From a virus (taxonomy: Duplodnaviria; Caudoviricetes), in the IMG/VR virus record IMGVR_UViG_3300007983_000005, positions 1-52,107 of that record: a stretch of 52,107 nt of DNA, one strand, 5' to 3'. How positions within the stretch are numbered: position 1 is the first letter of the stretch; each line of letters opens with the position of its first letter. This document shows, one piece after another, positions 41,163 through 50,541 of this stretch. The notes beneath the pieces were generated by a model. The model saw only the letters and a program-made list of their open reading frames with translations, was not told the origin of the DNA and did no database searches. Position numbers and translations under genes: made by a program.

Positions 41163-42698
41163 CTAATTACCTCCAGATTGTTTAGCATCTTCAGATAATT
41201 CTTGTAATGTTCTCGTAAGACCTTCAGCATAAATATTTAAATCAGACCCGCCCCTTCGTATTTGATCTTCGAGTTTTCCACTTCCTTCACCCAAAACACT
41301 TTTAGACTCAGGTAATCTTATATTTCTATTATCTGAACTATAGATATCAAAAAATGAATCTTTAACTAAAATCATTTTTCTTATAGCTTTACCATTTTGA
41401 TACGAATCTATTATTTCTTCAATGAGCCATCCTCCACTCATTTGTTCATCTATTACATTTGCTTGACCATCAAATATGTTAGGGTTGGCTGACATAAATT
41501 GTATACCCATAGCATCACCAACTTGAACCCATTCATTTACTGGACATAATGCTTCACATCTAATTTGGAAATTATGATCTGTTATTCTATTATTTAAATA
41601 ATTTCTTGCTACTGATGGGGATACTGATCCAATATAGTGACCAACAGAAAATTCATTTGATATTTGTTTATCCCATATAGCAAAGTTTCCAAATTGTGGA
41701 TTTCTATCAAGAGATTGTTCATAATTATCGCAAATAATATGATATCCTACACTACCATCATACTGATAATTAAATTGTGTACCTCCAGCTAAACCTATAG
41801 TCAATGAACTTAAGTCATATGTTAAAAATTTATAATAAAATATTTGATTTATATTTCTTTGTGTTATACCTTTTACAGGGATATTAACAGACTCATCAAA
41901 AGGGGATTTATCAACTAATGAAAATGAATGGACTATATCATTATTAGGAGTCTTAAACATACCCAACATACTTTTCAAATTTACTTTTGTTAATCCAGAA
42001 AATAAATTACTTGATGTGAAAAATTTAACATTTCCAAAATCATTTTCGTCTCTGGCATAATCTAATATATATTTAAAGAATTTTTGGGGCTTCCAGAAAG
42101 GACATGATACTCTAAAAACATCATTAGTCATTTTATGAAAATCATATTCTATAAAATCTTCATTTAATTTTATACTATCCCTCAAAAATGTTTCGAAAAT
42201 ATTATCAATTGTAGGTGCTATTATTTTACCAGTTCCAAGATCTTTACCAAATGTTCTCATTATTTTTTGCCCATTATATTTTAAATAAAATGGTGCTTCT
42301 ATTAAATGAAAAGTAAATGCTTTTCTTTGAAACCTTTCTTCTTTTGATGAATTAGGTCTCATTTGATCTTCTTCAATATTAAATATATTAAAATGGACTA
42401 TTTTATAAAATGGAAAAGATCCTTCAGTTCCTGTTAATTTATTTTTATACAATAAAGTAACAATTTCATTACCTGTCATTGGGAGACGTTCTCTTAAACC
42501 AACATTATCTTCAAATTTAATAAATCCATATCTATACATAGAATTTACAGATTCATGTATCTCCATAGATATAACTTTACCTAAGAATTTTTCTTGGCTG
42601 AAAAAACTATCAGCTTCAAATTCATTGAAGCTAGGGCCGAAATTTATAAATGCTAATGCATCAATATCATCAATTGATGGTTGTCCATCTAATGCCAT
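41163..42698 (-). CDS. Baseplate hub protein (gp27-like)
   Basis: MEIHESV...GLRERLPMTGNE at the N-terminus and SGGWLIEEIID near the C-terminus; adjacent to gp53. Confidence 0.75.
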   Translation of the reverse strand: MALDGQPSIDDIDALAFINFGPSFNEFEADSFFSQEKFLGKVISMEIHESVNSMYRYGFIKFEDNVGLRERLPMTGNEIVTLLYKNKLTGTEGSFPFYKIVHFNIFNIEEDQMRPNSSKEERFQRKAFTFHLIEAPFYLKYNGQKIMRTFGKDLGTGKIIAPTIDNIFETFLRDSIKLNEDFIEYDFHKMTNDVFRVSCPFWKPQKFFKYILDYARDENDFGNVKFFTSSNLFSGLTKVNLKSMLGMFKTPNNDIVHSFSLVDKSPFDESVNIPVKGITQRNINQIFYYKFLTYDLSSLTIGLAGGTQFNYQYDGSVGYHIICDNYEQSLDRNPQFGNFAIWDKQISNEFSVGHYIGSVSPSVARNYLNNRITDHNFQIRCEALCPVNEWVQVGDAMGIQFMSANPNIFDGQANVIDEQMSGGWLIEEIIDSYQNGKAIRKMILVKDSFFDIYSSDNRNIRLPESKSVLGEGSGKLEDQIRRGGSDLNIYAEGLTRTLQELSEDAKQSGGN

Positions 42699-43117
42699 TA
42701 ATTTTGATCTCCCTTAATTTGTCTTGCCTTTTTAGCTTGTCTATCTCTAATTATTTTTTGTTGTCTAGCAGAAAGAACTAATTGAGATGTAAATTCTGGT
42801 TTAAGAATTTGAAGCTGTGTTATTCCTGCATCTTCTATTGTTTGTTCCATTGTAACAAATGGATCTTCTAAATCATTAAACAAAGGTATCACCCACCAAA
42901 GTCTTTCATCATCATAATATCTTCTTGCAAGAGAAACCCATGTTTGACCACTTTCAACTTTATGTAATAAAAAGAATCGCATTTCTCTTTTATTAAAAGG
43001 ATTAATAACATATGAATCCCAAATATCTAATGATGGATTTGGATTTTGATCTTTATCATATACTATTTCTTGAAAAAGATTCATAAAACTAGTTGCTGGT
43101 ACATTTACATTTGCCAT
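42698..43117 (-). CDS. gp53: Baseplate wedge protein gp53 (LysM-like)
   Basis: HKVESGQTWVSLARRYYDDERLWWVIPLFNDLEDPF. Confidence 0.88.
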   Translation of the reverse strand: MANVNVPATSFMNLFQEIVYDKDQNPNPSLDIWDSYVINPFNKREMRFFLLHKVESGQTWVSLARRYYDDERLWWVIPLFNDLEDPFVTMEQTIEDAGITQLQILKPEFTSQLVLSARQQKIIRDRQAKKARQIKGDQN

Positions 43118-43119
43118 TT

Positions 43120-46100
43120 TTAATTCCCAATATTAATTTGATTTATTATAGAAGATGGATGATTCTGACCTGATAATACTTTCCATTCACTCTCTAATCT
43201 TCTTATATTTTGATTAGCTTGTAGATTTTTCTGTCTTGCATTACTACATACTGTTGATTCTTCGAATCCATTTTCCAATTCAAACTGAGTAGGAGTAGAG
43301 CAATTATTAATACGGAATTCTTCATTTGCTTCAGATTGAATTGATTTCCAGTTAGATATTTCTTCATCTATTTCATTTAATCTTTGTTTTGTTTCTAGTG
43401 ATAATTCTGAATCGTTACTTGTAGCAGTTGGATATACTTCTTCAAATTGATCTATTGGAGTACCATCAATATATGTATTAGAAGATCCATATTCTATAAC
43501 TTCTGCTCCTGTTATATTTTGTTCTTGATTTGCCAAATCACCTAGTTGTTGATCTATTTCTTGAAGTCTAGATTCATTATCCAAGAATTTTTGTTTTCTA
43601 ATAGGATCACTTATTCCATCTGCTCCGCCTGATAAATTATTATCTTCATCAACAAGATCTCCATTTCCAGGTGAAGTAATAGCTAATTGCTGTTCTGCTG
43701 TAATATCAGCAGATTCATCCATTAAAGACTGAGCCTGATCTCTTAAATTCTGTACCTGTTCTTGCTGTGCGGGTGGAAGAGATGGAGGTGCTGGAGGAAG
43801 AGATCCACCAGGTTGAATAGATGTAGGACCAGGATCTTGTTGTTGTGGAGTAGGAGGAGCGCCATCAGTTTTAGCTTGAGTTTCTTTAGTTGCTTGAACA
43901 TCTTTAACTTGTTGTTGATCATTAGTAACAGTATTAGCAGTTGATGCACCATTAGACCCACCTTTATTTCTGCCATTTTGTTCAGTTGCAGAATCTCCAG
44001 TTTGAGGTGATGTTCTTTCAAATAAATCTTTTTCTGTTTCATTGAGTCCAGCTAAAGGTCTAACAGATCTTCCACTTGGAGTAATAAGATTTCCTTGTCC
44101 AGTTTGCTTTACGCTAATATTAATTAAATTTTGCGGATCATTTGCTCCATTAAATAACTGAATCCAATCATCTCTAAAGAATGGCATTGCATTTTTAACT
44201 ACTATTTTAACTTCTGCCATAGATGGATATGCTGCTGGTAATTTTCTTTGAGGATTAGCAGGATCTATTTGTCCACTATCCAAAACTTGTCTAAATGATT
44301 TTTCAGCTTGTATTTCTCCACCTGGAGTATTAGCAACATTGATAGGAGTTCCGTCATAGTTATACCATGGACCTAAGAACTTATAATCAATACTTTGGAT
44401 ATAACATATTGGGAAATATATTAAACCAGAAGAATGCCTCATAGATAGATATTCAGGTCTTCTAGTAACAAAATAACGAAATGGTCCAAATCCTCCAGTT
44501 CTAGCTCCAGCTTCGTCAATATTTCCTGCTACTTGTCCGCCCGCTCTTAATCCGCCCGCAGTTGCATTCAATACAGGAGCATAATTATTATCAGAACCAT
44601 CTTTGTTCTTGCTATAATTTTCCATTCGTTTAGCCATTTGTTCAGTATCACCTTGAATATTACCTCCAATTAATCTCTTTGGATATGTTAATGCAGTTAA
44701 AAACATTAATGGCCTATAAACATCAGCAAGAAAATCTTTTTTAGTAAAAAGAACAAAAGGAAGTGTAATTTCTAAAGGAGATGTACTCTGATAAGTATCT
44801 ATAGTATCAATTTTTCTTGAAATTCTTCTTGCAGATGCAACTTCTCCCCCTTCCTCGACTGATCCTAGAATAGTATTTGTTGCTTGCAATAATGACTGAC
44901 CAGCATCTACAAAATTAAGACCAGTTTGAGCCAATTCAGCAAGTTTACCAGCCATTCCTGATCCCCATGTATGATTGTGAGCGAGGTTTAACCAATTTGG
45001 TTCATTTGGATAAACAGTAAAAGTTCCTATAGTATTTGCTCCTTGATCTTGAACTTCATTTACAATTGTATTACCATCTGGACTAACTACTGGATTACTT
45101 GTTTGTGGATTTAATTCAAATATATTAAAATGAACAGCATCCCTTGCTATTGCATCTTTATCTCTAGGGCCATAAGGACTATAACCATTTTTCATTCTAA
45201 AATCAGAAATTGCTGTTAATGTTGGCATTTGCAAATAAAATGGAGCACCATTGTTTATGCTCTCAAACCCTGTAGGGGATCTACCAACATTTTGTGGTCT
45301 TATAGTATCACCAGAATCATTTCCTGTAGGTGATGTCTGATCTCCTGTTCTTCCTGGAGGAACATTAAGTGCTTCATTTTGTGCAGCTTCTAATTCTTCT
45401 GGTGTTAATCCTGCTTCTAATAATGCAGCCTCGCCACCTTCAGCAGCAGAACCACTAGCAATAGATTCATTAGCATCTCTTAATTCATTTTTTGAATTAT
45501 CTAAATCATTTGATGCTTGATCGACTCTATTTTTATCTTCTTCTGTCCAATTTTCAGGATTTGTACAATCTGTTCCACTTTCTGACGTTGATCTACAACG
45601 TTGTTGTGCTGATGTTTTTGCTCTTTCTAAATTAGCTTCTTTTCTTAATACATCTTCTTCGGTTATATTTTTACGTTGAACCATAGCTTGAGCTTCTATT
45701 GAAGATAGAGGCTCTGAATTTGGATTGTTTTCTCTTAATGCATTTAACTGTACTTCATCTCGTTGAGATTGATATTTATTTTGAGTTTCTTGTAATTCAG
45801 ACTGCTTTTGATCATCATAGAAACTTTCAAGTTCATCAGAAGCATCTTGATTCTCTTTTCTCAATTTAGCTGCTTCGTCTTCAGCATCAGCAATTTGCTT
45901 TTCATTTAAAGATCTTTGGTCTCTCGCTTCATCCACACTATTTGGTCGGGTAGATTCAGGACCATCCCATTCTCCAGTTTCAATATAATTATCCAATTGA
46001 TCTTGTCTGGCCTTTAAATTTTCTGCTTCTGCTTCTTTCAAAGATGCTTCGTTTGATCTATCTATATAATCAGGATCATTATATAATCCATTAAGAGCTT

Positions 46101-47691
46101 GAGCTTTTTCAGAATTATATTTAGATTCAATCTGTGATTCTTCATTATCTTGAGCATCATTTATCGATGAAATTTGTGTCGCTGCTTGATCATTAACTTG
46201 ATCAGCATCAACCCCTTCTCTAACATTTACATATCTATCTGAATCTAAACCAGATCCATCATAATCTTGAATATCATCAGGGTCTATAAATTGAGCAGTT
46301 TCAGTATCCCAAACTCTATCTGGTGGTATAACTTCACCATCATTCCATTTATCTCTATCTTCTGAATTTATAGCACCATAATTTTGGGGAATTGGATCTA
46401 TAGGTTTATCTAATTCTGAAGGTAAAACTATGCTATTATCTTCATTTAATCTTTTAGCAAAATAATCTGGATTATTTCTTAATTCAGCAACTTCTCTTAT
46501 ATCTCTTTCTGAGTTCCTAACCCCAGCATCAGCAATAGATATTCTACTTGTATTATTTTCAACTTCTTTATTTAATTGTTCAACTAAAACAGGATCTGGA
46601 TTTTCTTTAGCTAATTCAGCATTTAATGCATCTCTAGATTGGATCAAATCTTGATTTGCTTGCCATCTTTCATCAACAAATTTTTGTCTTTTTTCTTTTA
46701 TACTATCTAATACTCTATCATCATTAGCAAATTGTCTCTGAAGGTCTGTTGTCTTCATTTGATTAACAGTTTCTGTTCTACTATTAATGAAATCAGAATT
46801 TAATTGCTGTTTTTGAAGATTTCTATTTATTCTATTTTCAATTATTCTAGTGTTTGCCCCTGGAGTGTCACCAATTGTGTCTAGAAGTTTTTTATCGTTA
46901 TCAATTTTTGATTGTATATTTGCATTTTCTTTTTGTCGTTCTTCTATTTCAGTTTCTATTCTATTATATGTTTCCTGTCTTTCTTGGGTTAAATCTAATG
47001 GAGTATTTAATGTAATTGTTCCAGCTTGAGAATCAGTAACACCTTCAGTTTGCGAATCAGAAATATCAGAATTCCAACGTTTATCTTTAGAAGGTATATT
47101 AACAGTCCCATCATTATTATATGTCGTTTCATTTATAATTCTAGGTGAGGCATTATTAGTACTAGAAATATCAGAATTCGATTCATTCATTCTAGTAGTA
47201 GCGTTTTCAATATCAGAACGAAGAGAATCTTGTTTCGCTCTAGCATTGCTAATTGATAAATTTAAATTAGAAATTTCTCTTTGTTCATCGACATTTAATG
47301 GTCTAATAGATTCAATTTCTTTAATTTCATTTATTCTATCTTGGGCCTGTTTTTGGGTGGAAGATGATTCTTCCCATTCTAAACTAGAATTATCTCTATC
47401 AGACACTGCTTTTATAACTTCAGCATATGATGATGTCGTATCAGTCCCACCAGTATCAATAGGTTTAGGTGTTTCTCCAATAGGAACACTATTTTCATAT
47501 AATTCTTTTAATCTTGACCATTCACTTTCAGTAGAAGAATATTCTCTTGATAATTGATCTCTTTCTTGTTGTTGGGAGGCATCAATCGTACCAATAGCAT
47601 CAATTTGAGCTATTTGTTGTAATAAACTTTCCATTTTGGCTCTTAAAGCCACTACTTTTTCTGCTAATACAGGATCGCCATTTGTCGCCAT
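43120..47691 (-). CDS. Large protein with a central gp48/gp54-like tube-baseplate junction domain and long coiled-coil arms
   Basis: ITLPFVL...LTYPK...PEYL...CYIQSIDY...YPSMAEVKI motif series; immediately upstream of gp53. Confidence 0.6.
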   Translation of the reverse strand: MATNGDPVLAEKVVALRAKMESLLQQIAQIDAIGTIDASQQQERDQLSREYSSTESEWSRLKELYENSVPIGETPKPIDTGGTDTTSSYAEVIKAVSDRDNSSLEWEESSSTQKQAQDRINEIKEIESIRPLNVDEQREISNLNLSISNARAKQDSLRSDIENATTRMNESNSDISSTNNASPRIINETTYNNDGTVNIPSKDKRWNSDISDSQTEGVTDSQAGTITLNTPLDLTQERQETYNRIETEIEERQKENANIQSKIDNDKKLLDTIGDTPGANTRIIENRINRNLQKQQLNSDFINSRTETVNQMKTTDLQRQFANDDRVLDSIKEKRQKFVDERWQANQDLIQSRDALNAELAKENPDPVLVEQLNKEVENNTSRISIADAGVRNSERDIREVAELRNNPDYFAKRLNEDNSIVLPSELDKPIDPIPQNYGAINSEDRDKWNDGEVIPPDRVWDTETAQFIDPDDIQDYDGSGLDSDRYVNVREGVDADQVNDQAATQISSINDAQDNEESQIESKYNSEKAQALNGLYNDPDYIDRSNEASLKEAEAENLKARQDQLDNYIETGEWDGPESTRPNSVDEARDQRSLNEKQIADAEDEAAKLRKENQDASDELESFYDDQKQSELQETQNKYQSQRDEVQLNALRENNPNSEPLSSIEAQAMVQRKNITEEDVLRKEANLERAKTSAQQRCRSTSESGTDCTNPENWTEEDKNRVDQASNDLDNSKNELRDANESIASGSAAEGGEAALLEAGLTPEELEAAQNEALNVPPGRTGDQTSPTGNDSGDTIRPQNVGRSPTGFESINNGAPFYLQMPTLTAISDFRMKNGYSPYGPRDKDAIARDAVHFNIFELNPQTSNPVVSPDGNTIVNEVQDQGANTIGTFTVYPNEPNWLNLAHNHTWGSGMAGKLAELAQTGLNFVDAGQSLLQATNTILGSVEEGGEVASARRISRKIDTIDTYQSTSPLEITLPFVLFTKKDFLADVYRPLMFLTALTYPKRLIGGNIQGDTEQMAKRMENYSKNKDGSDNNYAPVLNATAGGLRAGGQVAGNIDEAGARTGGFGPFRYFVTRRPEYLSMRHSSGLIYFPICYIQSIDYKFLGPWYNYDGTPINVANTPGGEIQAEKSFRQVLDSGQIDPANPQRKLPAAYPSMAEVKIVVKNAMPFFRDDWIQLFNGANDPQNLINISVKQTGQGNLITPSGRSVRPLAGLNETEKDLFERTSPQTGDSATEQNGRNKGGSNGASTANTVTNDQQQVKDVQATKETQAKTDGAPPTPQQQDPGPTSIQPGGSLPPAPPSLPPAQQEQVQNLRDQAQSLMDESADITAEQQLAITSPGNGDLVDEDNNLSGGADGISDPIRKQKFLDNESRLQEIDQQLGDLANQEQNITGAEVIEYGSSNTYIDGTPIDQFEEVYPTATSNDSELSLETKQRLNEIDEEISNWKSIQSEANEEFRINNCSTPTQFELENGFEESTVCSNARQKNLQANQNIRRLESEWKVLSGQNHPSSIINQINIGN

Positions 47692-47720
47692 TATTGTATA
47701 CTCCTACAATATTATATATA

Positions 47721-50537
47721 CTATTTAGAGTTTATAAGTCCTTTCGATAATTGTTTAATCGTGTACAACTCATGTGTTTGTTGAATTTGTTGGGATTTAC
47801 GAACAACAATATTCTTTTGGATCTTTTTATTTTTAGTTTCTTTAATTTTTTTCTTAATAGTTTCCCATTCAGGCAAATCTTTAGTAGTTTCTTTAATATA
47901 TTCCATGCCAACTATATCTAAAGGAACGAAAGTTTCTTTATTAAATGGTATTACTGCTCCTCTGGCAAATTCTTCTGGATTTATTTCTCTTCCATCAGGT
48001 TCTTCAAAATTCCATCTATTTTTACCTGTAAATTTATTTACATCTTGGTAGAAAAATCCTTTATTATCTTGCCCTCTAGTACCTAAACTACTAAAGTCTT
48101 TTTTAGAAAATACATTTTTTCTAAGATCTTCCACAGTAGTTTCAAGTGCCATTCTTCTTGATTTATAATCTTTAGAATTTTTATCTAAATCTTTTATTAA
48201 TTTGATTATTGTATCTCTTGAAGAGATATAATCCAAAATCATATTTCTTGCTCGTTTAGATGCCAATTGTCTGCTGACGCCCCTAAGATTTAACTTACCT
48301 TCATCATCAACAAACATTTCAAGAGAACTTCCTTGAATAGAATGACCACCTTTTTTCATAACATGTTGGGCGCGAATTGCATCAGAAATAGATTTTTGGT
48401 TTATTTTTATATTATTATCATTTTTTCTATTAGCAATATCTGCCATAGTTTTTATACTTTGATTGATATATTCGAAAGTAGAATCTCTAAAATTATTTAC
48501 AACCCCTACATAAGATCCTGTTGCTATTACTGTACCATTTAAAATATCACCGAAGTTTTTATATTCCTTCATTAGAATCAATATTTTTTCATTATTTTTG
48601 GATGTAGATTTTAAATTTTTATCGACAGAATCGTTTATGTTAGCATATGTTTTACTAACAGATTCCATATTAGTGTTATATATTTTAATTATGTTATCTT
48701 GGGAAGTCTTAGGATCACCTAAAGCCTTTATCGCAATATCCATTTGTTGAAGAAGTTTAAGTTTATCTTTTATTGCATTTTCAGTTAATTGCTTACCACC
48801 ATTTTTAAGATATTTAATTTTAGTTTTAATCTTTTTAATTGTCTTATCATCATTAAGATTAACGCCAATACCTGTCACTTGAGATATTTTATCTCCCATC
48901 ATTCTTATGACTTCTTTATCTGTCATATTTGTATATTGGCCTTGATTTCTAGCATCTGATACCATACTAGCTATTAAATCTGAAACTGTTTGTTGTTTAT
49001 CTGATTGATTTAATTTATTAATTGATGAAATTGCAGCATTCCTATCGAGAATATTTCTTTGTATACCCGAAGATGTTTTAGGTTTTAAATACGCATTAAT
49101 AGAAGAATCTAAATTTGAATATAATGCATTAAATCCAGTAGTGAGCATTGAAGATGCAACATTACCTACAACATCTAAAGATTTAAATCCTTTATAAATT
49201 GATTTAAATGCTTCTTTTACCCAGGAAGAAAGTGCATTTTCGTGAACCAATTCTTTTACATAATCCATCATACTATAAGCTTTAGATAATACTAAATCTA
49301 TACTTTCACTACCAGAACCAGTTATATAATCAAATGTTTCTTGTATCCAATAAAATATACTACTTACAGTTTTTTCTCCAAAAATATCAATTAAAGATGT
49401 TTTGACAAAATTAAATAGACCATCAGCTATATCTGGAATTATATCATTTAATCCTGTTGCGGTAAATACCCATTTAAAGAAACGTTTTATTCCTCCCCAA
49501 ATCCATTGTGTGACATTTCCTAGTAAATCAAAACTAGTTTTTAAAAGTCCTCCAATAACACTTCCTGTTTTTAAAAGGCCTCTAATTGCTTCCATTCCGA
49601 GTCTAACACCTAAAACAATTAATGGTATACCAGCAATAAGACTTATAGGACCTCCAGTAATAGTTTTCATTATTAACTTACCTAACCATCTAAAATAAGT
49701 TTTAAATCCAAACCCAATAACAGATACAGTTTTCTTTACTGCTTTAAGACTAACATCAAAAATAGTTTTTACACCTTTAGTTATAAATGTTATAGCTTTA
49801 ACTCCAACATTTATGAACCATTTAAGACCTTGAAATGGTAACTTTGCAACATATCTAATAGCATTTCCACCAGAACCAAATAATAGTCTAGAAAAATCAT
49901 CAAATAATTTAACAGCAGTTTTAAATGGAGCAGTAATCCATCGTTTAATAGATAACAATCCTTCGATACCTGTAGTATAAATCCATTTGAAAAAATTTGT
50001 TATATCAGGTGCTAATTTATTTGACAATTTGCTTGCACATTTCAACATTTTGTTTGCAGCAGTTTTTGCTGAATTTAATGTAGAAGTAGCAGAGTTTATA
50101 GTTCCACTTATAATATCATTATTGGATTTAATTTGTTTTTCAGTTTTTAATAAATTTTCATTTAAAAACCCTTTCATCTGATCCATATATGTTTCAGTTT
50201 CAGATGGAATTTCTAAAATATTTTTCGATTCTATATTTTCTCGTTCAATATCTTTAGTTTTATCTGATATATCATTAGATATAGTATCTAAAGTTTCATT
50301 AACTTCTTGTGTTTGATCAGAAACTTCTTTTATAAATTCATTATCTCTTCTTTCTATCTCTTCTCTTATTTCTTTTTGTGTTTCTGTTTCTGAAATTTTT
50401 CCAGTTACATTTCCAATAATTTCTCTAATATTTTTTAATTGCTCAGATACTCCATCTAAGTCAGATGAATTATTATCATCAGATTTTTTAGTATTAACTA
50501 ATTTTTCGAAATCAGACATTGAAGTATCTTTAGCCAT
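47721..50537 (-). CDS. Tape-measure-like protein
   Basis: Long helical protein with a hydrophobic, aromatic-periodic middle and C-terminal FARGAV...FVPL. Confidence 0.65.
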   Translation of the reverse strand: MAKDTSMSDFEKLVNTKKSDDNNSSDLDGVSEQLKNIREIIGNVTGKISETETQKEIREEIERRDNEFIKEVSDQTQEVNETLDTISNDISDKTKDIERENIESKNILEIPSETETYMDQMKGFLNENLLKTEKQIKSNNDIISGTINSATSTLNSAKTAANKMLKCASKLSNKLAPDITNFFKWIYTTGIEGLLSIKRWITAPFKTAVKLFDDFSRLLFGSGGNAIRYVAKLPFQGLKWFINVGVKAITFITKGVKTIFDVSLKAVKKTVSVIGFGFKTYFRWLGKLIMKTITGGPISLIAGIPLIVLGVRLGMEAIRGLLKTGSVIGGLLKTSFDLLGNVTQWIWGGIKRFFKWVFTATGLNDIIPDIADGLFNFVKTSLIDIFGEKTVSSIFYWIQETFDYITGSGSESIDLVLSKAYSMMDYVKELVHENALSSWVKEAFKSIYKGFKSLDVVGNVASSMLTTGFNALYSNLDSSINAYLKPKTSSGIQRNILDRNAAISSINKLNQSDKQQTVSDLIASMVSDARNQGQYTNMTDKEVIRMMGDKISQVTGIGVNLNDDKTIKKIKTKIKYLKNGGKQLTENAIKDKLKLLQQMDIAIKALGDPKTSQDNIIKIYNTNMESVSKTYANINDSVDKNLKSTSKNNEKILILMKEYKNFGDILNGTVIATGSYVGVVNNFRDSTFEYINQSIKTMADIANRKNDNNIKINQKSISDAIRAQHVMKKGGHSIQGSSLEMFVDDEGKLNLRGVSRQLASKRARNMILDYISSRDTIIKLIKDLDKNSKDYKSRRMALETTVEDLRKNVFSKKDFSSLGTRGQDNKGFFYQDVNKFTGKNRWNFEEPDGREINPEEFARGAVIPFNKETFVPLDIVGMEYIKETTKDLPEWETIKKKIKETKNKKIQKNIVVRKSQQIQQTHELYTIKQLSKGLINSK

Positions 50538-50541
50538 TTTA

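Noticed and set aside
28198-47691. Bacterial extracellular contractile injection system or tailocin
   Set aside because: T4-like gp3/gp6/gp53, dNMP kinase, late-promoter motifs and the absence of bacterial housekeeping genes fit a large phage better; capsid genes are not in the window, so this is not formally excluded.
1193-50181. Many 60-155 aa ORFs antisense or out of frame to long genes (e.g. 14726-15193, 29497-29859, 32594-33013, 47246-47557)
   Set aside because: They lie inside well-supported genes and show no recognisable motifs; consistent with shadow ORFs.
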